From NCBI GenBank assembly GCA_047601445.1, contig JASGJH010000001.1:2752001-2816000 (forward strand): 64,000 bases of DNA, written 5' to 3'. The notes beneath the pieces were generated by a model. The model saw only the letters and a list, made by a program, of their open reading frames with translations, had not been told where the DNA came from and ran no database searches. Shown one piece after another: positions 38,133 through 47,430 of this stretch (positions are counted from its first letter, which is position 1; each line of letters opens with the position of its first letter). Source of the stretch: Myxococcales bacterium (lineage in GTDB: Bacteria; Myxococcota_A; Polyangia; Polyangiales; DASUME01). Made by a program: the position numbers and the translations under genes.

Positions 38133-39800
38133 ATGAAAATCGTCTGCGATAGTTGCGGAGCCAAATACTCGATTGCCGATGAAAAAGTCGCCGGCAAGGT
38201 GTTCAAGATTCGCTGCAAGAAGTGCAGTGCGGTGATCGTCGTCAAGGGCGACAACCAAGAAGAGGGCGACGAAGCCACGCGCGTGTACGACTACGGCGCC
38301 GAGGCGGTGTGGCACGTGGTTGTCGGCGGCGACCAGCAAGGTCCGTTGGCTCCGCGCCAGCTGGGCGAGATGCTCGCCGAGGGCAAGATCGACTGGGAAG
38401 CCTACGTGTGGCGCGAAGGCATGGACGGTTGGCAGCCTGCGAAGGACGTGGAGACGCTCGTCAGCGCCATCATGCAGGACGCCGAGGGCGCTCCGAGTCC
38501 CCAGGCGGCGCAGCCGGCCCAGAGCCAGCTGTTCGGCGGCTCGAGCGACATGGGAGCCGATCCCTTCGCCAGCAATGACGATGGTGGTCTCTCTGGCGTG
38601 ATGGGCCAGTCTGCGGCGGCTTCGTCGAGCGGCGGCGGCGGTGGCGGTGACCTTTTCGCACGTTCGGCGCGCAGCCCGTTCGCAGGATCGGTTGACGACG
38701 ATGAGCCGATGTCGAATGGACACCGTGGGAGTCCGCACGTGAGCGAAGCAGAGTCGATGACGGGTCAGCGCAACGAGAACTCGGTGTTGTTCTCGCTTTC
38801 CAACTTGCAGGCACTGGCGACCGGCTCGGGTAGCACGGCGGCCGCTCCGAAGGCCAAGGCAGGAATGGCGCAGGGCGAAGGGTCGGGTCTGATCGACATC
38901 CGCGCCCTCGCGAGCGCCACGCAGGCCGTCTCGAGCACCGCCAGCAATGGCTCGTCTCGCGAGAAGGTCGAAGACCTGATGTCCGTGGGCGCGGCCGGCA
39001 CCGGCTTCTCCGCGGCGGCGTTTGCGGCCCCGGTGGCGGTCGACAAGGGAGACAACAGCAAGCTCCTGCTCGGTGGCATGGCTGGCGCCATCCTGCTGTT
39101 GGGCGCAGCGGTCGGCTACCTCGTCCTGCGTAGCCCCGCACCCGCGGATCCCATGGCGCAGGCCCCCGTGGCGGCCCAACCCGCTCTTGGCGCGGCGCTC
39201 CCCGCTGCTTCGGCAGCGGCCACGGCGCCCACGCCGTCGGCTCCCGTAGCGGAGGCCGCCGCGGCCCCGACTGCCGAAGCCCCCAGCAAGGCCAGCGCGG
39301 ACGAAGAGTCCGACCGCGAAGAAAAGAGCGGCGGAAGCCATCGTTCGAAGCGTGGCAGCAGCGGCAGCAGCGGTGAGAGCACCGCCAGCGCTTCCAAGCC
39401 CGAGAAGGCTTCGGATCCGGCCCCGGCACCTGCCGAGAAGGCGCCTGCGAAGCAGAGCTCGGCCGACTCCTCCATCGACGACCTGCTCAGCGGCGCGCTC
39501 GGCGGCAAGGCCAAGCCCAAGCCGGCCGCTCCCGCCGCCAGTGAGAGCTTGGCGCCCACGCCGAGTCGCGACGAAGTCATGGCCGCGATGAAGTCCGTGA
39601 CGCCCAAGGTCACGGCCTGTGGCGATGGCTCGGGCGGCGTGGCCAAGGCCAAGGTGACGGTCGCTGGCGCTACTGGGCGCGTCACGAGCGTCGAGGTGGA
39701 CGGTCCCGCTCAGTCCTGCGTCACCAAGGAAGTGAGCAAGGCCAAGTTCCCGAAGTTCGCGAACAGCTCGTTCAACTTCACCTATCCCTTCAAGCTCTGA
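38133..39800 (+). CDS. Zinc-ribbon + GYF_2 domain membrane protein with TonB-C-like C-terminus (AgmX/GltJ-like architecture)
   Basis: MKIVCDSCGAKY...KIRCKKC (MJ0042-type finger), WHV...QQGP...VWREGMDGW (GYF_2), one TM, Pro/Ala/Ser linker, C-terminal CV...FPKF...FTYPF. Confidence 0.85.
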   Translation: MKIVCDSCGAKYSIADEKVAGKVFKIRCKKCSAVIVVKGDNQEEGDEATRVYDYGAEAVWHVVVGGDQQGPLAPRQLGEMLAEGKIDWEAYVWREGMDGWQPAKDVETLVSAIMQDAEGAPSPQAAQPAQSQLFGGSSDMGADPFASNDDGGLSGVMGQSAAASSSGGGGGGDLFARSARSPFAGSVDDDEPMSNGHRGSPHVSEAESMTGQRNENSVLFSLSNLQALATGSGSTAAAPKAKAGMAQGEGSGLIDIRALASATQAVSSTASNGSSREKVEDLMSVGAAGTGFSAAAFAAPVAVDKGDNSKLLLGGMAGAILLLGAAVGYLVLRSPAPADPMAQAPVAAQPALGAALPAASAAATAPTPSAPVAEAAAAPTAEAPSKASADEESDREEKSGGSHRSKRGSSGSSGESTASASKPEKASDPAPAPAEKAPAKQSSADSSIDDLLSGALGGKAKPKPAAPAASESLAPTPSRDEVMAAMKSVTPKVTACGDGSGGVAKAKVTVAGATGRVTSVEVDGPAQSCVTKEVSKAKFPKFANSSFNFTYPFKL

Positions 39801-39830
39801 TCGAGGCCCCGCACCAGCGGGCACAAGAAC

Positions 39831-39869
39831 GAAGGCCGGGCGCAGCGAGCGCTCGGCCTTTTTCTTTTG
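39831..39869 (+). terminator. Intrinsic terminator between convergent genes
   Basis: AAGGCCGGGCGC-AGCGA-GCGCTCGGCCTT followed by TTTCTTTT. Confidence 0.75.
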
Positions 39870-39939
39870 AGTCGAAGCGGGCTCATCAGCCCGCGCGCAA
39901 GAACGGATGCGGGGCGCTTCAGTTCACCCCGGTGCGACT

Positions 39940-41409
39940 TCAGGCGTAGCCCTTGATGAACTCGAGCGCGGTGCGCACGCCGAAGCCCGTGCCGCCCTTG
40001 GGCGAGACGTCGTGCGGAGCCGCCAGGAACGCCGGGCCCGCGATATCCAGGTGGATCCACTTGGCGTCGCCCACGAACTCACGCAGGAACAGCGCAGCCG
40101 AGATGGATCCGCCGTAGCCGTCGCCCGTGTTCTTGATGTCGGCGATGGGGCTCTTGATGGTCTCCTTCAGGTCCTCGTCCAGGGGGAGCGGCCAGAAGGC
40201 CTCCCCAGAGCGCTTGGCAGCCGCCATGTAGCGATCGCGCAGGCTGTCGTCGGTGGCGTAGAGCCCGGCACGCCACTGCCCCAATGCGACCATGCAGGCG
40301 CCGGTCAGCGTCGCATGGTCGATCAATACGCTCGGCTGAAGCTTGCGTGCGTAGGTGAGCGCGTCCGCCAGGATCAGGCGGCCCTCGGCGTCGGTGTTCA
40401 ACACCTCCACGGTCTTGCCATCCATGGAGCGGTAAACGTCGCCCGGCTTGAAGGCCTTGCCCCCCAACATGTTGTCCGTGGAAGGCACCACCGCGTGGAC
40501 CTCTACCGGCAACTTGAGGCGTGCGGCCGCGACGACGATGGCGATGGTCGCCGCGCCACCTGCCATGTCGCACTTCATGGTCTCCATGGACTTGGCCGGC
40601 TTGATACTGAGCCCGCCAGCGTCGAACGTGAGGCCCTTGCCCACGAACACGAGCCTCGGCACCTTGCGCTTCAGCTTGGGGATGTAGGCCATGTGAATGA
40701 AGCGCGGCTCCTCATCACTGCCGGCGTTCACGGCCATCAATAGGTTCATGCCTTGCTTCGCGATCTCCTGCTTGCCCCACACGGTGCAGCGGATGCCGTG
40801 CTCGCGCGAGAGCTTGCGGGCTTCGTTCGCGAGGGCAGTAGAGGTCATCTCGTTCGGCGGCCGATTGACCAGATCGCGCGTGAGGTTGACGGCTTCGCCC
40901 AAGGTTTGCGCCTCGTCGACGGCCTGCTTGTCGGCGGTCGTGGGCTTGTGCGCCAACACCAGCGTGGTGCGCGGGCTGGGCTTGGGCTTGCGGGAACCCG
41001 TAAGGAACTCGGCGTAGCGATAGTCCCCCAGGAGAAGTCCTTCGGCGAGACACCGAAGCTGGGCAGGCTCCGAGGAGGGCACGAACACCGCCAAGGTCTT
41101 GAGGTCCTTGGCAACACGCGCCACCTGGACGCCCGCGAGCCTGAGCTCGTCGGCCAACCCTTCTTTGCCGGCCAGGGCCGTGATGCGCAGCTTCTTGGCG
41201 GCGATGCGCCCGAAGGTGTGCACGGTGAACGCCTGGCCCTTCTTGGCGCTGAAGTCTTCCTGTTTGGCGATCTTGAGCAGCTCTCCGCCGAGCGCGGCGT
41301 CGAGCTCGCGAAAGCTGGGCTGCTTGGAGAACTCGGCACCAGAGACGAACACGACCAGGAGATCCGCGTCGACGGCCGAGAGTGAAACCTGTGAAAGAGC
41401 GAGCTTCAT
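39940..41409 (-). CDS. pepA: Leucyl aminopeptidase (M17)
   Basis: VGKGLTFDAGG, MKCDMAGGA, NTDAEGRL, ATLTGA, WIHLDIAG; ATG 41409 chosen. Confidence 0.96.
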   Translation of the reverse strand: MKLALSQVSLSAVDADLLVVFVSGAEFSKQPSFRELDAALGGELLKIAKQEDFSAKKGQAFTVHTFGRIAAKKLRITALAGKEGLADELRLAGVQVARVAKDLKTLAVFVPSSEPAQLRCLAEGLLLGDYRYAEFLTGSRKPKPSPRTTLVLAHKPTTADKQAVDEAQTLGEAVNLTRDLVNRPPNEMTSTALANEARKLSREHGIRCTVWGKQEIAKQGMNLLMAVNAGSDEEPRFIHMAYIPKLKRKVPRLVFVGKGLTFDAGGLSIKPAKSMETMKCDMAGGAATIAIVVAAARLKLPVEVHAVVPSTDNMLGGKAFKPGDVYRSMDGKTVEVLNTDAEGRLILADALTYARKLQPSVLIDHATLTGACMVALGQWRAGLYATDDSLRDRYMAAAKRSGEAFWPLPLDEDLKETIKSPIADIKNTGDGYGGSISAALFLREFVGDAKWIHLDIAGPAFLAAPHDVSPKGGTGFGVRTALEFIKGYA

Positions 41410-41586
41410 GAGCGCATGGTGACACGGGCGACGAGCGCGACTCAAGACGACGGCGTGGCGCCGAGCGAGCACGCCAACTCCGCCGCTCGCGCCGCCGAAG
41501 CGACCGGACTTGGTGGAATCGGTTCGGGCATCGCGCGTGCTCTTCCTCCGTTCGCCGGCTTTTGGACCGGTGAGGAGAAGAGAAGA

Positions 41587-41829
41587 ATGGAAACAACGAC
41601 CAAGCGCATTCAGGCCGTGTACGCGGTGGTATCCAAGTCGAACGGCAAGGACTTGTTCCTGCGTGTGGGCAATGCCTTTCCCAATCGGGACGGGAGCACC
41701 ACGTTGCTACTCGATGCGGTCCCCATCGGAGGCAAACTCCATGTGCGCGACTACCAACCCAAGGAGCACCCCGCGCATTCGGAGTCCGTGGCGTCGGCGC
41801 CCGCCCACGGCGAGCTCGAGCTCGTATGA
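41587..41829 (+). CDS. Small conserved-looking hypothetical protein (80 aa)
   Basis: Purine-rich RBS region, motif RVGNAFPNRDGSTTLLLDAVP; its stop overlaps the comEA-like start (ATGA). Confidence 0.7.
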   Translation: METTTKRIQAVYAVVSKSNGKDLFLRVGNAFPNRDGSTTLLLDAVPIGGKLHVRDYQPKEHPAHSESVASAPAHGELELV

Positions 41830-42155
41830 GCCGCGCCCTGGCCCGCGTTTTGGTGGCCCTTTTTCTGGCGCTTCCAGCGGGCAGCGCCGCAGCCGAGCCA
41901 GCATCGCCAGCGGTTGGTGCCGCCCTCGAGGGCGGCGCAGAACCGCGGCGACCCATCGATCTCAACAGAGCGACTGAAGCGGAGCTGCTCGAGTTGCCAG
42001 GTGTGGGTCCCTCACGCGCGAAGGCAATCCTGGCCTTTCGCGAGAGCCACGGAGGCTTTCAAAGCGTCTCGCAGCTGCTCCGCATCAAGGGCTTCGGACG
42101 CGCGATGTTCAAGCGCCTGCGCCCCCTCTTGGTGGTCACCGTTCCAGGCCCCTAG
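41826..42155 (+). CDS. comEA: ComEA-like helix-hairpin-helix DNA-binding protein, exported
   Basis: Signal peptide, IDLNRATEAELLELPGVGPSRAKAILAFRESHGGF...LLRIKGFG. Confidence 0.85.
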   Translation: MSRALARVLVALFLALPAGSAAAEPASPAVGAALEGGAEPRRPIDLNRATEAELLELPGVGPSRAKAILAFRESHGGFQSVSQLLRIKGFGRAMFKRLRPLLVVTVPGP

Positions 42156-42304
42156 CGTGCGCGCCGGGCGCGGCCCTTCGCCGCCCCGTGCGCGCACCTG
42201 ATGGCGCAGGGTTGTCGTCTGCCATTGTCCCAAGACCCCGCTGGAGCAGTCCCAGGGCGAGAACCAAGTGGGCCGACCAGGCTGGCTCGCGGTAGGCTAC
42301 GGGC

Positions 42305-42793
42305 GTGAAAGCAGCAGTCTCGATTCGACAGGCCACGCGGGCAGATCGGGCAACCGTGATGCGCTTCCATCGTGAGCTTTACGTGCGCTACCGGGACGAG
42401 ATCACCCGGCCCGAGGTGCTGCCCCTGTTTGCCTACAAGGACCTCGACGGCACCCTCAGTGACGACGTCGATGGGCTGCTGCGCACCCAGGACGCCACCG
42501 TGCTCCTCGCCGAGCGGGACACGACTCCAGTGGGCTACGTGACGGGTCACGTGGAGAGCGATCCGAGGCGCGTCCTGCCACGCAAGGGCGTGATCGAGGA
42601 CTGGTACGTGCTGCCCGCGGAGCGCGGTCAGGGCACCGGCAAGCTGCTGCTCGAGAGCTTGATCGAGCGCTTCCGCGGCGCAGGCTGCCACGTGGTGGAG
42701 TCCGGCACCTGGGCCTTCAACGAGGGCGCGCGCAAGGCGCACCTGGCGCTCGGCTTCAACGAGATCGAAGTGAAGTTCAGGAAACGTCTTTGA
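42305..42793 (+). CDS. GNAT-family N-acetyltransferase
   Basis: IRQAT, YVLPAERGQGTGKLL (motif A), NEGA...LGF. Confidence 0.88.
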   Translation: MKAAVSIRQATRADRATVMRFHRELYVRYRDEITRPEVLPLFAYKDLDGTLSDDVDGLLRTQDATVLLAERDTTPVGYVTGHVESDPRRVLPRKGVIEDWYVLPAERGQGTGKLLLESLIERFRGAGCHVVESGTWAFNEGARKAHLALGFNEIEVKFRKRL

Positions 42794-43421
42794 GCGCGTC
42801 GAGCAGGCGCCGGATCGGCTCGCGCTGCAGCTTGAAGGCCGCCACGTTGGCGATGACCACGGAGGAGATGTCCACCACGTTCTCGAACACCTCGAGCCCG
42901 TTCTGGCGCAACGTCTCCCCGGTCTCCACCAGGTCCACGATGACATCGGACAGGCCGGTGATGGGTGCCAGCTCGACCGAGCCCTGGAGATAGATGATCT
43001 CCACCTGCCGGCGCTGTTCGCGGTAGTAGCGCGTGGCGATGTTCACGAACTTGGTCCCCACCCGCAGCGGGCGTGGGGTATCGGCGGAAGGCGCCCGGCC
43101 GCTGAGCCCGCAGACGGCCATCTTGCAGCGCCCGATGCCCAGATCGAGTGGCACGTAGAGGTCGTACTCACGCTCGAGCAACACGTCGCGCCCCACCACG
43201 CCCAGGTCGGCGGCTCCGTACTCCACGTAGGTCGGGACGTCGTCGGGCTTGAGCAGCAAGAAGCGCACGGCACCATCGGGCGTGCTGCGCACCAGCCGAC
43301 GGTCCTCCGAGAGCAGCACTTGCGGGTCTACCCCCGCCCTTGCAAAGCGCGCGGCCAGGGACTTGAGCACGCGCCCCTTGGGGACGGCGATGGTGACGGT
43401 GGCTGGCGACGCGGTGCTCAT
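42777..43421 (-). CDS. hisG: ATP phosphoribosyltransferase, short form (HisZ-dependent)
   Basis: IAVPKGR, DVPTYVEYGAADLGVVG, GSVELAP, DLVETGETLRQNGL; 214 aa, no C-terminal regulatory domain. Confidence 0.96.
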   Translation of the reverse strand: MSTASPATVTIAVPKGRVLKSLAARFARAGVDPQVLLSEDRRLVRSTPDGAVRFLLLKPDDVPTYVEYGAADLGVVGRDVLLEREYDLYVPLDLGIGRCKMAVCGLSGRAPSADTPRPLRVGTKFVNIATRYYREQRRQVEIIYLQGSVELAPITGLSDVIVDLVETGETLRQNGLEVFENVVDISSVVIANVAAFKLQREPIRRLLDALKDVS

Positions 43422-43493
43422 GGTCTCCTCGGGACTCGGCCGGGCGGGTTACCAGAGCCTTCGGGGGGCAGCAAGCCGCTAGCACTGCCCGCA

Positions 43494-44150
43494 CTAGGCC
43501 AGGCGCAGGCCGAGCGCGAAGGCGATCCAGCCGAGCAGCAACATGAGCCCGCTACGCCGTGCGATGCGCCGCATCACGCGGCCCCGCTCGTCGACCCCAC
43601 GCAGTAGGAACACGGCCGCCGCTACCACCCAGGTGACGCACCCGGCGAAGGCGAACACCACCCAAAACGAGTTGGGCGAGCGCCCCTTGAGCAGGCTCAA
43701 GTAGAGGGCCCGCCGCTCGGCTTCGGGCCGGCCCGCGTCGATCTCGGCGGGTGGCTCACGCACCATGAGGGCGGCAATGCGCTCGTCGGCGCGCCGCAGC
43801 CTCTCGGGTTCGAGGGTGACGAAGCCCTGACTGGCGTGGATGGCGGCATGAATGGCTCGCTGCGCGGAGAGCGCGTCGGGGAGGTCACCGCGCGCCTCCA
43901 GGGCCTCGCCCAGCTGCTCGAGCGAGCCCAGGGAGTCGCGGGCGAACACGTTGCCCGGGGCGTTCCAGCGGGCCGAGCGCCGAAACCCTGCGACGGCGGC
44001 CGGATAGTCCCCGCGCGCGAGCGCCCGTCGTGCGGCGAGCCCCTCACTGCGCGCCTCGAGCATGGCACGCGCGGCCATCACCAGGCACAGCACGCAGGCG
44101 CATAGCAAGGCGATGGCCAGGGTCCGCGCGTAGGGCGAGAACAATCTCAT
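43494..44150 (-). CDS. Hypothetical membrane protein
   Basis: ATG overlaps upstream stop (ATGA); one N-terminal and two C-terminal hydrophobic helices around a TPR-like segment. Confidence 0.7.
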   Translation of the reverse strand: MRLFSPYARTLAIALLCACVLCLVMAARAMLEARSEGLAARRALARGDYPAAVAGFRRSARWNAPGNVFARDSLGSLEQLGEALEARGDLPDALSAQRAIHAAIHASQGFVTLEPERLRRADERIAALMVREPPAEIDAGRPEAERRALYLSLLKGRSPNSFWVVFAFAGCVTWVVAAAVFLLRGVDERGRVMRRIARRSGLMLLLGWIAFALGLRLA

Positions 44151-45070
44151 AGGAAGTCGCGGCGCTCGAAGACGAAGGCCGCTGCCGCCAGCAACAAGAG
44201 CGCGTAGAGCACCCCATAGACGCTGCTCTTCGCGACGTACTGCCACAGCACCGCGGAGCTCTCGTCGTACAGCAGCGAGCGGCCGGGCACGTAAAGCTGC
44301 AGGTTCGGGAGCACCTCGGCGGCCCCGTGCAGCAAGCCCCGCACGGTGTCGTTGAGCTGCTTGCTCTGCATGGTGGCCATGTCGTCGGCGGAGCGCCCCG
44401 CAAGCCAGACCCCGATGGTGAACACGCCCGTGAGAAAGGGCGTGGAGAACGCCGAGAACAAGAGCGCCACTGCAGCCAAAACCAGGACCTCCACGATGGT
44501 CAATGCGAGCTGCGCGAGGACGGGCTGGAGCGCGCGATCGGTGCGGCTGAGGAGGAACGAGCACGCCCCCAGGGCCACCAGCGAGAAGGGGATCAGCACC
44601 GCAGTGCGATCACGCGCCTTCCAGACCCACAGCCCCAACAAGAGCGGCAGCCCCAGCAGTACACCCAGCGCGAGGCCCATGTCGACGCCAGCCTGAACGC
44701 TCGTGATCCACAACTGAAGCGCGCCCATCAACGCCACGAAGACAGCCGCCGTGAACAAGATGCCGGCGTACTTCCCGAGCAGGAACTCGGCGCGTCGGAT
44801 GGGCTTGGGCAAGATCACGTAGAGGGTCTTGCGCTCGATCTCCTTGTACAGCAGGGACGACCCCAGGAAGACCGCGACGACCACCGAGAACAGCGAGATG
44901 GAGGCGAGCCCGATGTCCGCGACGACGCGCTCCTGCTCGTGCAGCGAGAGCTGCGCCAGGGCCAAGGTGAAGAACAGCACCGCGCACGCGAAGCCGAGCA
45001 CGCCGTACAGCACGCGATCGCGGACGGCTTCTCGAAAGGTGTTGAGCGCTATGGCGTAGATGCGGGACAC
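44147..45070 (-). CDS. ABC transporter permease (PilI-like)
   Basis: IALNTFREAVRDRVLY, KEIERKTLYVILPKPIRRAEFLLGKY, C-terminal FERRDF. Confidence 0.88.
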   Translation of the reverse strand: MSRIYAIALNTFREAVRDRVLYGVLGFACAVLFFTLALAQLSLHEQERVVADIGLASISLFSVVVAVFLGSSLLYKEIERKTLYVILPKPIRRAEFLLGKYAGILFTAAVFVALMGALQLWITSVQAGVDMGLALGVLLGLPLLLGLWVWKARDRTAVLIPFSLVALGACSFLLSRTDRALQPVLAQLALTIVEVLVLAAVALLFSAFSTPFLTGVFTIGVWLAGRSADDMATMQSKQLNDTVRGLLHGAAEVLPNLQLYVPGRSLLYDESSAVLWQYVAKSSVYGVLYALLLLAAAAFVFERRDFL

Positions 45071-45079
45071 GGCGCCATC

Positions 45080-45721
45080 TTACATGAGGGCGGCGCCGGT
45101 GGCGTAGACCGCGAGTTCGTCCAGAAACGCCAGCCACAGCGCTCCTCCGACGAGTCCGCCCACCGTGCGCGAGAGCCGCGGCGAACAGCCCGGCCAAAGG
45201 CGCAGCAGGAAGACCGACAGGCCCTGCCCCAAGTGGACGCAGGTAGCCGAGATCCCCACCACATAGCCTGCCGCGCCGAGCGGTGTTCCGGTCTGGTCGA
45301 GCATGGCCCCGAACACCGCGAAGGCCCGCCCCGCGGGGAGGAAAGGGTGCCAGACGCCGAGCACGTGAACGCACAGGAAGGCGCCCGTGAGCAGGCCGGT
45401 GATGGCCTGAAAGCGACGGAAGGCGGGCGAGGCGTAGCCGGCTTGGGCAGCGGGTCGCAGGCCTCCCCGGGCGAGCAGCCAGAGGGCACACCCCGCATGG
45501 AGCAGAAGCGGCAACACCACCAGCAGGAGCTCCACGACCCCGTGCCCCGTGGCGTCGAGACGGGCCAACATCGCGTCTCGCCCTGCGCGCACGGCACTCT
45601 GCTGCCAGGCATGGAACAGCGCGAACCCCACCAGGGGCAGCCCGCCGCTGAGCGAATGGAGCCTGCGCACCCGGTCGAGTCCATCGCGCGCAGGTCTCGT
45701 GAAGGGTGCCGGCTCTGCCAT
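45080..45721 (-). CDS. Succinate dehydrogenase cytochrome b558 subunit-like membrane protein
   Basis: RRLHSLSG, PLLLHAG, FQAITG...CVH, CVHLGQG: four His spaced as in 5-TM diheme SdhC; ATG 45721 chosen. Confidence 0.7.
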   Translation of the reverse strand: MAEPAPFTRPARDGLDRVRRLHSLSGGLPLVGFALFHAWQQSAVRAGRDAMLARLDATGHGVVELLLVVLPLLLHAGCALWLLARGGLRPAAQAGYASPAFRRFQAITGLLTGAFLCVHVLGVWHPFLPAGRAFAVFGAMLDQTGTPLGAAGYVVGISATCVHLGQGLSVFLLRLWPGCSPRLSRTVGGLVGGALWLAFLDELAVYATGAALM

Positions 45722-45867
45722 CTCTGAAGCTGAATCTTGCGGAGCGCGGTCGCGCCTGGTCAAGGGATGGACCGTCCGAGGGGCGGTCGGAGCGCGAGCG
45801 AGCGACACGCGGGGGTGGGCGAAACCCCGGCTTGGGAGGGGGTCGTGCTATCCATCCGGCCGTGCCG

Positions 45868-47430
45868 ATGTCGCCAGCGGGTCTTCGAGAGAGCGTGCAC
45901 CCCGCACTGTTGGCCGGCGTGGGGGGCGGCTTGCTCGCCCTCAGCGGCGAACCCTGGTCGTGGAACCTGCTGGGCTTTCTGAGCCTGGGGCTGTTGCTCG
46001 AGGCCCTGGAGCGCAGCGGACGTCGCGCGCGTCCCGTGCTGACGAGCGGGCTCGTGGGCCTGGCCTTCGGTGCCGTGGTGAACGGCATTGCGCTCTATTC
46101 CATAGGCTCGCTGTTGCAGGCGTTCGGCGGGTTCTCTCCGCTCGTAGCCTGGCCCATCGCCTGCCTGGCGTTTGCGGCCCAGGGCTTGCCCTACGCTGCT
46201 TGCGGCGTCCTCACGACCTACTGCGCGCGGGCCGGCCTCCCCCGCTGGCTTAGCTTTCCTGCTTGCTTGGTGCTCGCGCTGTGGCTGACGCCGCAATTGT
46301 TTCCATGGCGCCCCTCGGCACCGCAGGTGGACTTCCTGTGGTTCGTGCAGATCGCCGACCTCGGAGGTCAGGCGCTGCTCGACCTGTGTATGGCCGCGGT
46401 CGCGAGCGGCACCTGGCAGGCCCTGCGCTCGCTCAAGCCGCAGCGCGAGGCCGCGTGGGCGCCCGCCATCGTGGCCGGGCTGTCCCTGGCCCTCCCGTGC
46501 GGCTACGGCTACCTCCGCCTCGGCCAGGTGCGAAGCGCGCGCAACGACGCGCAGGCCGTGCGCGTGGGCGTGGTGCAGAGCAACGTGGGCATTCAGCTCA
46601 AGCATGATCCCGCGCGCTCGCTGGAGATCCTGGCGGACCTGAAGCGCCTCACGGGCAAGCTCGAGCGTCAGGGCAGCCAGCTCACGGTGTGGGCGGAGAC
46701 GGCCTACCCTTACGCGCTCCTGCGCTCGCGTGGCGCGCAGCCGGACGACGAGCGCACCATCGTGGACGCGAGCGTACGTGGGCCCGTGTTGATCGGCGCC
46801 GTGACCTACAGCGAGCGGGGCGGGGTGCAGAGCAAATACAACACCGCCTGGCTCTTGCGCGAAAACGGGCGCTTCGGCGATCGCGTCGACAAGTCACGCC
46901 TGTTGGCGTTCGGCGAGTACGTGCCGTTCTGGAGCTACCTGCCGCCGTTGCAGGAGAAGTATCCGTCGCCCGGCTTCGAGGCGGGCGAGAACGACGTGAT
47001 TCGCGTGCATCCGGCGGGCAGCGCGGGCAGCCTCCGCTTCGGAATTTTGATCTGCTACGAGGACCTGTTCGCCGACCTGGCCCGCAAGGTCGTCGAGCGG
47101 CGCGCCGACGTGCTGTTGAACATGACCAACGACGCGTGGTTCGGCGATAGCAACGAGCCCGCGCTGCACGACATGGTGGCGCGGTTGCGGGCCGTGGAGA
47201 CCCGACGCGACCTGGTGCGCGTGGTCAACACCGGGGTTTCGAGCGTCTCGAGCGCGACCGGAGAGCTGCTACTGCGCACCCGAACGTTCACCCAGGCGAG
47301 CTTCGTGGCCGACGTGCGGATCATGTCCGAGATCACGCCGTACACGTGCTGGGGCGACTGGCTACCGCCGCTGCTGGCGTGTGTTTTGGCGGCGGCGCTC
47401 GTGCGCCGCAGGCTCAGGAGAGCACCCTGA
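45868..47430 (+). CDS. lnt: Apolipoprotein N-acyltransferase
   Basis: FPW, QIADLGG, VWAETA (Glu), DKSRLLAFGEYVP (Lys), ICYED (Cys), TNDAWFG, NTGVS. Confidence 0.95.
   Translation: MSPAGLRESVHPALLAGVGGGLLALSGEPWSWNLLGFLSLGLLLEALERSGRRARPVLTSGLVGLAFGAVVNGIALYSIGSLLQAFGGFSPLVAWPIACLAFAAQGLPYAACGVLTTYCARAGLPRWLSFPACLVLALWLTPQLFPWRPSAPQVDFLWFVQIADLGGQALLDLCMAAVASGTWQALRSLKPQREAAWAPAIVAGLSLALPCGYGYLRLGQVRSARNDAQAVRVGVVQSNVGIQLKHDPARSLEILADLKRLTGKLERQGSQLTVWAETAYPYALLRSRGAQPDDERTIVDASVRGPVLIGAVTYSERGGVQSKYNTAWLLRENGRFGDRVDKSRLLAFGEYVPFWSYLPPLQEKYPSPGFEAGENDVIRVHPAGSAGSLRFGILICYEDLFADLARKVVERRADVLLNMTNDAWFGDSNEPALHDMVARLRAVETRRDLVRVVNTGVSSVSSATGELLLRTRTFTQASFVADVRIMSEITPYTCWGDWLPPLLACVLAAALVRRRLRRAP

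Noticed and set aside
42777..42793. 17-nt convergent overlap of GNAT and hisG (same length as lnt/cofH at 47414-47430)
   Set aside because: Short convergent 3' overlaps are frequent in compact high-GC genomes; the equal length is probably coincidence.
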